DNA from: Verrucomicrobiia bacterium
Lineage (GTDB): Bacteria > Verrucomicrobiota > Verrucomicrobiia > Palsa-1439
Assembly: GCA_041495285.1 (NCBI GenBank)
Contig: JBGQCJ010000007.1
Coordinates: 534-64,533, forward strand
Length of the DNA stretch: 64,000 nt
Direction: 5' to 3'
This document shows positions 36,986 to 45,125 of the stretch, piece by piece. The notes beneath the pieces are model-generated. The model did not search any database and was not told the origin of the DNA. It worked only from the letters and a program-made list of their open reading frames with translations. The translations under genes and the position numbers were made by a program. Numbering within the stretch: position 1 is the stretch's first letter; each line of letters begins with the position of its first letter.

Positions 36986-37135
36986 TGTACTAGCAAATCA
37001 GACCGGGCGGGTCAAACTACTGCGAGGTCACACGAAAGGCTTGCATTTCAAAAAGAAATGAGCGATAAAACAACTACGGTTGTCTCACTTCAAGGAGAGT
37101 GAGCGGCTGATCGAAGGAAGGAGGACGGCAGACGG

Positions 37136-37366
37136 ATGACTTACAGACAACCAACGCATCAGGAAATTGCAGCCCGCGCCTACCAGATTTATCTCGAACG
37201 CGGTCGAGGGGAGGGCCGCGACAAGGACGACTGGTTGCAGGCCGAGTATGAGCTGATGCAGTTGCCCGTGCGCAAGCTCGCCGAGATCGAACCGCCCAAA
37301 TCAAACGGCAAAGACACACGCAAGCGAAGGACTATCGTCGATTTGGTGCGAGCGGCAATGTATTGA
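37136..37366 (+). CDS. DUF2934 domain protein (76 aa)
   Basis: HQEIAARAYQIYLERGRGEGRDKDDWLQAEYEL matches the DUF2934 consensus. Preceded by AAGGAGGA. A 6-bp-stem hairpin lies in the 5-prime leader. Confidence 0.7.
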   Translation: MTYRQPTHQEIAARAYQIYLERGRGEGRDKDDWLQAEYELMQLPVRKLAEIEPPKSNGKDTRKRRTIVDLVRAAMY

Positions 37367-37491
37367 GGCAGCGAGTGTCGCGGAGCGGGTTTCGCGCTGA
37401 CAAACTCGCAGAGGCAAGGAATGTACGCCACGAAGCGGAGCGGGAGAATTTTGCGTCAGCGCCAAACTCGCCGTTGGTTGAATCCCGAACC

Positions 37492-37767
37492 ATGGAACAG
37501 CCCGAACGCAATCGGCCCAGCGCCCTCGAAGTACGCAACAAATATGGAATCACCTCAATCGGACTGCTTGTTTGGGTCATCTGGTGCATCCACGACGGCT
37601 GGTTCCATCCCGGTTACGAACACATTGCCTTCAGCCGTTTCATGGCTGCCATTTCAATTCCGATTCTGATTTTCTGTGCCGTCATGGCCGGTAGCGCGGC
37701 TCGCGCCGTGCGCCGCCAGCAACAACCACCGCCGCAAGAACCCCCCGATTCATCGCCTCCGGCATAG
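37492..37767 (+). CDS. small membrane protein, hypothetical (91 aa)
   Basis: Internal Met of ORF 37363..37767. Two hydrophobic helices (ITSIGLLVWVIWCIHDGW, AISIPILIFCAVMAGSAA). Weak evidence. Confidence 0.3.
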   Translation: MEQPERNRPSALEVRNKYGITSIGLLVWVIWCIHDGWFHPGYEHIAFSRFMAAISIPILIFCAVMAGSAARAVRRQQQPPPQEPPDSSPPA

Positions 37768-37777
37768 AATCACCACC

Positions 37778-38698
37778 ATGCGCATCGGCTTCATGATGCC
37801 GTACGATCCCGAGCGGATCAAATTCGCCCAGCAACACGGCTTCGGCAGCGTCGAGTTGCAGACAAGTCCCGGCTGCGGCTTCTTTCCCGGTGACGTTGGC
37901 TGGAAAGAGAAAGCCGACAAGGTGAAACACGCCTTCGCTGCTGCCGGCCTGAGGATTTCTTGTCTCGCCTGCTTTTACGTCAATCACATGGACGACCGCG
38001 AAGCCGACCGGCACAAGGAACTCGTTCGCAACTCAATCCTGCTCGCCGAAAAAATGGGTGTCGGCGTCGTCGGTGGATTCTCCGGTCGGATCATGGGCGA
38101 AGATTTGCCGAAGAGCCTGCCGAAGTTCCGCGAGATTTGGAGCGAACACGCCAAGTTCGCCGACGATCACGGCATCCGCATCGCATTCGAGCATTGCCCA
38201 ATGGGTTGGTACAACACACCTGCCAGCGGCAACAACATGATCTGCACGCCCGGCATCTGGGAACGCGCCTTCAACGAAGTGCCCAGCGACGCGCTCGGCT
38301 TGGAATGGGATGCCAGCCACCTCGTCTGCATGTTCATTGACCCGGTCGCCAACCTCCGCCAGTTCGGCAAACGCGTCTATCACGTCCACGCCAAAGACGC
38401 GCACGTCCACCGCGACCTGCTCGCCAAATACGGCTTCTGGCATCCCGGCGTCACCGAACACTGTTTCCCCGGCCTCGGCGACACCAACTGGGCGCTCGTC
38501 GTGAAAGAACTCCTTCGCCAAGGCTACACCAACGACCTCAACATCGAAGGCTGGCACGACGCCGTCTTCCGCGACCACAAAGACAAACCGCCACCCGACG
38601 TCGCCCAAAACGTTTCACAGACCGCCTTCCGTGACCTCGAAGACGCCGGCCTCCTCCTCGCCCTCAAACACCTCTCCCCATTCGTCCCGGCAGAATAA
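37778..38698 (+). CDS. sugar phosphate isomerase/epimerase (xylose-isomerase-like TIM barrel)
   Basis: Start at MRIGFMMPYD. The AP_endonuc_2/TIM-barrel pattern is present, with a conserved Glu/His/Asp metal-ligand spacing (IAFEHCP, HVHAKDAH, LNIEGWHD). Confidence 0.8.
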   Translation: MRIGFMMPYDPERIKFAQQHGFGSVELQTSPGCGFFPGDVGWKEKADKVKHAFAAAGLRISCLACFYVNHMDDREADRHKELVRNSILLAEKMGVGVVGGFSGRIMGEDLPKSLPKFREIWSEHAKFADDHGIRIAFEHCPMGWYNTPASGNNMICTPGIWERAFNEVPSDALGLEWDASHLVCMFIDPVANLRQFGKRVYHVHAKDAHVHRDLLAKYGFWHPGVTEHCFPGLGDTNWALVVKELLRQGYTNDLNIEGWHDAVFRDHKDKPPPDVAQNVSQTAFRDLEDAGLLLALKHLSPFVPAE

Positions 38699-38951
38699 CG
38701 CTCTGGTAGGGCGCGACCACGTGGAACGTGGCAAGCCGCCAGGCGCGCATCTCCGTTGTGCGCTGGTCTCCCGACCGCGCACGAATGTCGGCGTGAAGCT
38801 GAAGGATTCTGAAAGGGTCTCCACCGCCAAAGGCCATAATTTTCTTGCATTCACGGCTTTCGTTTGTTCTACTTCCGCCGCTAGGAGAAACACGGCGAGG
38901 CTGGCGTCACGTTTGCGTTTCCTCCTCCGTGTCGCTCCAGAGTCGCAGGGC
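38647..38951. repeat. dispersed duplicated block, copy 1: 3-prime end of the isomerase gene, block B, and a conserved 120-bp block X containing ATAATTTTCTTGCATTC; it lies upstream of the first beta-helix/CTD gene
   Basis: 38647-38697 is about 90% identical to 48728-48778. 38750-38787 is similar to 48447-48486. 38833-38951 is about 85% identical to 48790-48908, including ATAATTTTCTTGCATTC and GGCGTCACGTTTGCGTTTCCTCCTCCGT...CTCCAGAGTCGCAGGGCA. Confidence 0.75.
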
Positions 38952-39571
38952 ACAGTGACGTTCAACGTATCACGCGGGTCGCACCAAAGAGCGGTTCATC
39001 AGCGCGGAACTGTACCGTCGCGCCCTTTCTTCGCCACGATCGTGTTAAGCCTTGCACTCGTGGGACTTGCAGCCAAGTCATTCATTCCGGGGATTGTTGG
39101 CGATTTCGCGTGCCGGGTAGCCGCCGATTCCGGTAGCGCGACCACCGACGACAACGACGATGACGGCAAACCATCACCGGACAATGATTCCACCACCTGC
39201 AAGTTTGGCGATCTTACGAAGGCGATCCTTGTCACAGTTGACTTGGCGTTACCGCACTTGCTGATGCCTGTCCATGCCTTGGCGGTGCCTGATACGACCA
39301 CGGAAGCAGTTTTGCCGGATCATTTTCTGCCCAATGCCGAAATCGGGCCGCCAGGCGGTATCGCTCTTGGAGCGACCACGGGGCCACGTGCGGACTCGCT
39401 GCCGGGCACCGTCGGCACCGTGATACGCTCCGGCTGTTCGCGACGTGCACCCCTTCCTCACGCAGCAGTAACCCTCTGTGCTGCCGGCACCTATCCCAAT
39501 GACGTTGTCACGAACTACTGCGACCTCGGCGACGTGAAAAACGGAAAAGATACTGGAAGGGGAACACAATC

Positions 39572-42500
39572 ATGAACTCAAGACCGATGATCTTCTGGAT
39601 TGGATTGATGACGGCTGTTCTCGTTGCGCCGATGGCGCAAGCGGTCACCAACTTTGTGACCACCACCGCCGACAGCGGGGCCGGCTCGTTGCGCGAGGCC
39701 ATCTCCAACGCGAACAGCACGGCAGCGCTGGACTTCATTCACTTCAACATTTCGGGTACCGGGCCGTTTACCATCACCCCGGCCACCGCGCTGCCGACCA
39801 TCACCAATTCGGTGGTCATTGACGGTTACACACAGTCCGGCGCGAGTCAGAACACGTTGACGAATGGCGACGACGCGGTTCTGAAAATTGTGGTGCTCGG
39901 AACGCTGAATACGGATACTACCAACACCACGATCCGCGGGCTGGCGATCAAACAGATTCGCTTGGGCAATGAAGGCCCGTTGGGCGGCCACGTCGTCGAA
40001 GGAAACTTCATCGGACTCGATGCCACGGGCACGAACGACCTGGACGGAGGCGTCTTATCGGTCAACACTCCCAATAATCGAATTGGCGGCACGACGCCGG
40101 CGGCGCGCAATATTATCTCGGGTCACGGCACCCCTGTCAGCACGGCCGTCGGCATTGAGATGGCGGGACCGTTCGCCACGAACAATCTGATTCAAGGCAA
40201 CTTCATCGGCACGGACCGAACGGGCACCCTCGCCATCCCCAACACAGATCGCACCATTGTGTGCAATTCGTTCACCAAGAACAACACGATTGGCGGCACG
40301 AACAGCGGCGCGCGCAATGTCATCTCCGGCAACTCCGATCGCGGGATCGTGCTGGACGGCACCAACAACGTCGCGCAGGGCAATTTCATCGGCGTCGACG
40401 TGACCGGCGTGAATCCCTTGGGCAATACTCGCAGCGGTGTCGAGATTACCGGCTCCAACAATGTCTGCGGCGGGTTGGCCGCTGGTGCGGGAAATATCAT
40501 TGCTTATAACGGGGTGGGCGGAACGTCCAGCAATGGCGTTGAAGTCCAAAGCGGAGTGAAGTTCTATGTCATCCTCTCCAATTCGATCTACGACAACGCG
40601 GGTCTGGGGATCGACTTGTTTCCGCAAGGAGTCGTCAACTTGGGGTTTCCGGTCATCACGTCGGCCAGCAACTTGGTTGCGGGTACCGTCATCAAGGGAA
40701 CGTACACGCCCAGCGTCACCTCCCGCATCGAATTTTTTTCCAATCCTGACTGCGATTCCTCGGGCTTTGGCGAAGGCAAGACGTTGGTGATCTCGACCAA
40801 CCTCCTCGCCGACGCCGGCGGCAATTTCACCGTCACGTTGCCGACGATTCCGCCCGGTCTGTTCATGACCGCGACCGGGGGCGGCACTTCAGAATTTTGC
40901 CAGTGTCGGATGGTCGTCTTTGCCGGCAAGACGAATAGTTGGACCAACAGCGTCAGTGGCAACTGGAACAATGGCACCAACTGGTCGCTAGGCGGTCCGC
41001 CGTACATTTTGCTGGAGCAAGTCTTGATCACCAATGCGGCCAGCAAGACCGTCACCAACGACGGTGCGTTCCCCAGCACCATGAGCATCAGCAATCTCAC
41101 GATCAGCGCCCCGGGTGGGGCGGTCAACACGTTGTTGGTCAACGCCGGCACCAATACGCCATTGCGCATCGTCAACGCCTGCATCATTTCCAACGGCGGC
41201 GCGCTCGTGGTGACAAATTCGATCTGGCAGGTGGACGGGTTCGGCAGTATCTCCAACATCATCAACGGCAGCGCCACCGTGTTGGCCGGTTCCCGTTTGG
41301 TCTCCACACCCACCTACGTCGGCAGCGCTGCCGGCGCCAGTGGCACGCTCACCATCGCGGGCGGCAGCAATAGCGTGTTCGGCACACTCAGCCTCGGCTC
41401 GATCGCCAACGGGACCGGCACTGTCTGGGTGACCGACGGGAAATTGTTCCCGCCGTTGCTGCGCGTTGGGCAGTTCGGTTTCGGCCAGATGATTACTTCC
41501 AATGGCCTCGTGCAAAGCGGGGGCACGGTTTCATTTATCGGTTCGCAACCCGGCTCGCGCGGTCAGGTCACGGTAGCCGGTGGCACGAATATTTTTCCGT
41601 CGCTGACCATCGGCGAAATGAGCGGCGCGACCGGCTCCGTGTTAGTGAGCGACGGGCTGCTGCAAGTCAACGGCGACGTCCTGCATAGCCGCGGCACCTT
41701 CACCGTCGCCGGGGGCAACGCGAATCTCTTGGGAGAGTTTGACAATCGTCCGAGCAACATCGTGTGGATCACCGGCGGGCAAATGGCGGTGACTAACGGC
41801 AACATGTTCCCTGGACAGATCGTGGTTAGCAATGGCACGTTGCTGGCACGCGACCTGTTTCTCGGTAACTCTGTCGGTATCGCCATTCTGAGGGTTGACG
41901 GCGGAGTCGTCGCGCTGCCGAAAAGTTTCAACGGTCTGATTGTCGGTAACGGTTCCATCACCGGCAGTGTATGGCAAACCGGCGGGCAGATCATTCTGAC
42001 CAACACGACCCTGTCCATCGGTGGCCTGTTCGGTTCCGCAGTCGGCACCGTGACCGGCTCCAACGGCACGTTGCTGGCCAGCAACGTGTTTGTCGCGGCC
42101 ATCTCGAGCGGGCGCGGCACGTTCAACATTGCCGGCAGCACCAATCACGTCTACGCCAACCTGATTCTCGGCGACGAGTCCTGCATCGGCACCGGCATCG
42201 TCAACATGACCAGCGGCCAGCTCTTCGTGACCAACGCTGCCGGCAATGCCACCCTCGACGTTCGCAGCGGCACGCTCGCTATCAGCGGTGGTCTGTTGCA
42301 AGCCGACAAGATTATCATCACCAATCCCTGCGCACACTTCGTCAACAGCGGCGGCGCAGTCATTTACAACACCGCCGTGTTGCCGCCGAACGGCGACGCC
42401 GATGGTGACGGCATTCCCAACGGTTACGAGATCAGCCACGGCCTGAACGCGCTTGATCCCGCAAACGCGAATCAGGACACTGACGGCGATGGTCTGACCG

Positions 42501-42796
42501 ATTTGCAGGAGTACCTCGCCGGCACCGACCCGACCAACAGCGCGTCTGCATTTCGGGTCACGTCGATCGTCCGAACGAACAGCAACATCCGCATCACGTG
42601 GTCAACGGCCGGTGGTCACACCAATCGCGTGCTGATTGCAACGCCAGTGCCCGGCGGCAGCTTCACGAATGAGTTCAGCAATCTTAGCTCCTTCATTATC
42701 CTCCCCGGCTCGGGCGATACCAGCACCAACTACACTCACATTGGCGGCGCGACCAACTCCCCGTCGAACTACTACCGGATCCGTTTGATTCCATAG
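39572..42796 (+). CDS. secreted adhesin-like protein (1074 aa): N-terminal right-handed parallel beta-helix, PATR-like beta-strand repeats, TSP3-like repeats and the shared C-terminal domain
   Basis: Signal peptide MNSRPMIFWIGLMTAVLVAPMAQA. The N-terminus VTNFVTTTADSGAGSLREAISNANSTAALDFIHFNISGTGPFTITPATALPTITNSVVIDGYTQ is the classic beta-helix CASH-type start. Repeated (GTLTIAGGxNxV / GxGQMxxSNGxV)-like units follow. DADGDGIPNGYE and DTDGDGLTDLQEYLAGTDP repeats are present. Ends ...TSTNYTHIGGATNSPSNYYRIRLIP*. Confidence 0.85.
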   Translation: MNSRPMIFWIGLMTAVLVAPMAQAVTNFVTTTADSGAGSLREAISNANSTAALDFIHFNISGTGPFTITPATALPTITNSVVIDGYTQSGASQNTLTNGDDAVLKIVVLGTLNTDTTNTTIRGLAIKQIRLGNEGPLGGHVVEGNFIGLDATGTNDLDGGVLSVNTPNNRIGGTTPAARNIISGHGTPVSTAVGIEMAGPFATNNLIQGNFIGTDRTGTLAIPNTDRTIVCNSFTKNNTIGGTNSGARNVISGNSDRGIVLDGTNNVAQGNFIGVDVTGVNPLGNTRSGVEITGSNNVCGGLAAGAGNIIAYNGVGGTSSNGVEVQSGVKFYVILSNSIYDNAGLGIDLFPQGVVNLGFPVITSASNLVAGTVIKGTYTPSVTSRIEFFSNPDCDSSGFGEGKTLVISTNLLADAGGNFTVTLPTIPPGLFMTATGGGTSEFCQCRMVVFAGKTNSWTNSVSGNWNNGTNWSLGGPPYILLEQVLITNAASKTVTNDGAFPSTMSISNLTISAPGGAVNTLLVNAGTNTPLRIVNACIISNGGALVVTNSIWQVDGFGSISNIINGSATVLAGSRLVSTPTYVGSAAGASGTLTIAGGSNSVFGTLSLGSIANGTGTVWVTDGKLFPPLLRVGQFGFGQMITSNGLVQSGGTVSFIGSQPGSRGQVTVAGGTNIFPSLTIGEMSGATGSVLVSDGLLQVNGDVLHSRGTFTVAGGNANLLGEFDNRPSNIVWITGGQMAVTNGNMFPGQIVVSNGTLLARDLFLGNSVGIAILRVDGGVVALPKSFNGLIVGNGSITGSVWQTGGQIILTNTTLSIGGLFGSAVGTVTGSNGTLLASNVFVAAISSGRGTFNIAGSTNHVYANLILGDESCIGTGIVNMTSGQLFVTNAAGNATLDVRSGTLAISGGLLQADKIIITNPCAHFVNSGGAVIYNTAVLPPNGDADGDGIPNGYEISHGLNALDPANANQDTDGDGLTDLQEYLAGTDPTNSASAFRVTSIVRTNSNIRITWSTAGGHTNRVLIATPVPGGSFTNEFSNLSSFIILPGSGDTSTNYTHIGGATNSPSNYYRIRLIP

Positions 42797-42806
42797 GGAA
42801 CTGACA

Positions 42807-45125
42807 ATGAAGACATACCACATGATTGCAGCGGCAATCTTACTGGGCGCGATTCATCTGGACGAAGTCGAGGCGCAGAACAATAGTTGGACGAACATCA
42901 ACGCCGGCAAGTGGGAGACGAACGGCAACTGGTCGCTCGGCGTCGCGCCGGCGAGCACGCAATCCGGTACGTTCATCACGAATGCCTTCAGCAAGACGGT
43001 GACGATTGATTCAATCACGACCAACTTCCCCGGCACGATGACCATCAGCAATCTGACGGTGTCGGCGCCGTCGGTGCCCACCTCGTTCAACAGGCTGTCT
43101 CTGGATAACTCCGGCCTTGCGACGCCGCTGCGCATTCTCAATTTTCTCAAGGTGGACAGCGCGGGCACGTTGGTGGTGGGCACCAACTCGGTCCTGCAAG
43201 TGGACAATCCGACGTTCACCGGCTTTGTGAGCATTGATGGCGGCGGTTTTGTGATCGTCGTGGACGGCGGCACGCTCGCGGCCACCAATCAGACGACGTC
43301 CCTCGGTGGCCTCACCACGGGCGATATCCTTGTGAACAACGGCAACCTGAGGACCTTGAATCTTTCGATGGGCAACTTTCCCGGCGCAGTAGGCACATTG
43401 AGACTGCAAGCCGGTTTGGTCGAAGTGAAGTCCGTCTTGTCGCTCGGAGCCTCCGGAAGTTCGACCGCGGCGGTGTGGGTGACCGGCGGACAGCTCGTGG
43501 CGACCAACGCCACTACAACGATCGGGAATAGCAGTTCGGGCCGGTTGACCGTGTCGAACGGCACCGTGAATGCCGGAACTGTTACGGTGGCGCAAACGCC
43601 CGGCACAGCCGGGACGTTGACGGTGGCCGGCGGCACGTTCACGGCCGAGCGGCTCGTGGCGACGAACAGCAGCGCCACGATTCAGTTTCCCGCAGGCACG
43701 ATGACGCTGCGCGGCGCGGAGATCGGCAACAGTCTGGCGTTTGAGATTGGCGGAGCCGGGCAGACGGCGGTATTGAACCTTGTCGCCGGTACGAACCGCT
43801 TTGCCTTCAGCCTCTATGTCGGATCCTCGGCGAATGCCACCGGCACGTTGTGGATGACGGGCGGTCAATTGGTCGTCACCAACGCCATCACTTCCATCGG
43901 CGAGTCCGGTGTTGGACAGATGACGCTTTCTAACGGCATCTGGCTGGCAAATGGAGTCGTCGTTGGGAGAAATGCAGGTTCACAGGGGACGCTGACGATT
44001 GCGGGAGGTACGAATACCGTCATCAACGGTGGGGTGAGTGTCGGCCTCGGTTCGAATGCGGTCGGCGCGGTCTGGATTGTCGGCAACCAGGCGCGACTGG
44101 CGACAGTTACCACAAACGTTTCCAGCTCCATTTCACTCGGGGGCAACGACGGCACCGGGCAACTGAGCATTTCAAACGGCAGTGTCGAGACGTTGAGCTT
44201 GCTCATCGGGAGCGGCCTTCGGTCGCGCGGCACCGTAACGGTCGCGGGCGGTGAGTTGATCGTGCACGGCGCTTTGCCTGTTGGCCACCAACAAACCTCT
44301 ACCGGCACTGTTTGGATCACCAGCGGACAGCTCATCGTCACCAACGATTCCACTTTCGTTGGTAACCTTGGCAAAGGGCAAATGACCGTCTCCAACGGCA
44401 CGTGGCGGGCAACCGACGTGACTGTCGGCGGCGCGTCAGGCTCGCAAGGCACACTGGCCATCGCCGGCGGCATCAGCAGTGTGTACTCGAACCTAACGGT
44501 CGGTAATTTCGCCTGCAGCGCGACCGGCATCGTCAACGTCACCGCCGGCCAACTTCGCGTGACGAACAACGCCGCGAATGCCGTGCTCGAGGTGCGCAGC
44601 GGCACGTTGACCCAAAGCGGCGGCACGCTGGACGTTGACCGGCTCATCATCACGAACGACTGTGGCCGCTTCGTGCATACCGGCGGAACGCTGATCACCG
44701 GACTGATTACTCTCAGCCCGTTTGGTGATGCGGATGGCGATGGAATACCGAATGACTGGGAACTCGCGGCCGGGCTTGATCCATTCAATCCGAATGATGC
44801 CGGCTTGGACGAGGACGGCGATGGATTGACGAATCTGCAAGAGTACTTCACCGACACCGACCCGCATGATGCGACCAAGTACCTGCACATCACCTCGATT
44901 GTTCGCACCAACAACGATATTCGTATCACGTGGCCGACGGAAGAGTTCTATGGCCTCGGCATATTTTACCGGGTGCTATCGGGGACAAATCTGCTGACTG
45001 GTGTCACTAACAATTTGAGTCCAAATATCTTGGGCCCATTTGGCAGCTCGACCAATTACCTCGACGTCGGCGGCGCTACGAATTCCCCTCGTCGGTTCTA
45101 TCGTGTCCTCGGCAACATTGACTAG
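42807..45125 (+). CDS. secreted paralog (772 aa) with PATR-like beta-strand repeats, TSP3-like repeats and the shared C-terminal domain
   Basis: Signal peptide MKTYHMIAAAILLGAIHLDEVEA. Tandem ~40-aa units are present (TGTLWMTGGQLVVTNAITSIGESGVGQMTLSNGIWLANGVVVGRNAGSQGTLTIAGGTNTV...). DADGDGIPNDWE and DEDGDGLTNLQEYFTDTDP repeats follow. Ends ...SSTNYLDVGGATNSPRRFYRVLGNID*. It starts 11 nt after the previous gene. Confidence 0.85.
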   Translation: MKTYHMIAAAILLGAIHLDEVEAQNNSWTNINAGKWETNGNWSLGVAPASTQSGTFITNAFSKTVTIDSITTNFPGTMTISNLTVSAPSVPTSFNRLSLDNSGLATPLRILNFLKVDSAGTLVVGTNSVLQVDNPTFTGFVSIDGGGFVIVVDGGTLAATNQTTSLGGLTTGDILVNNGNLRTLNLSMGNFPGAVGTLRLQAGLVEVKSVLSLGASGSSTAAVWVTGGQLVATNATTTIGNSSSGRLTVSNGTVNAGTVTVAQTPGTAGTLTVAGGTFTAERLVATNSSATIQFPAGTMTLRGAEIGNSLAFEIGGAGQTAVLNLVAGTNRFAFSLYVGSSANATGTLWMTGGQLVVTNAITSIGESGVGQMTLSNGIWLANGVVVGRNAGSQGTLTIAGGTNTVINGGVSVGLGSNAVGAVWIVGNQARLATVTTNVSSSISLGGNDGTGQLSISNGSVETLSLLIGSGLRSRGTVTVAGGELIVHGALPVGHQQTSTGTVWITSGQLIVTNDSTFVGNLGKGQMTVSNGTWRATDVTVGGASGSQGTLAIAGGISSVYSNLTVGNFACSATGIVNVTAGQLRVTNNAANAVLEVRSGTLTQSGGTLDVDRLIITNDCGRFVHTGGTLITGLITLSPFGDADGDGIPNDWELAAGLDPFNPNDAGLDEDGDGLTNLQEYFTDTDPHDATKYLHITSIVRTNNDIRITWPTEEFYGLGIFYRVLSGTNLLTGVTNNLSPNILGPFGSSTNYLDVGGATNSPRRFYRVLGNID

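Noticed and set aside
38631-39575. 314-aa ORF spanning the isomerase gene end to the beta-helix gene start
   Set aside because: The first ~25 codons are an alternative frame of the isomerase gene and the conserved block X. Only the part after the GTG at about 38945 is kept, as a low-confidence leader-ORF hypothesis (see findings), not as an annotated CDS.
43865-44929. 354-aa minus-strand ORF and other antisense ORFs (41563..42439, 45950..46430, 47154..48494) inside the beta-helix/PATR paralogs
   Set aside because: These are shadow frames of repeat-rich genes. Their translations are Pro/Thr/Val-rich without any signal, and the plus-strand genes have signal peptides and a conserved tail.
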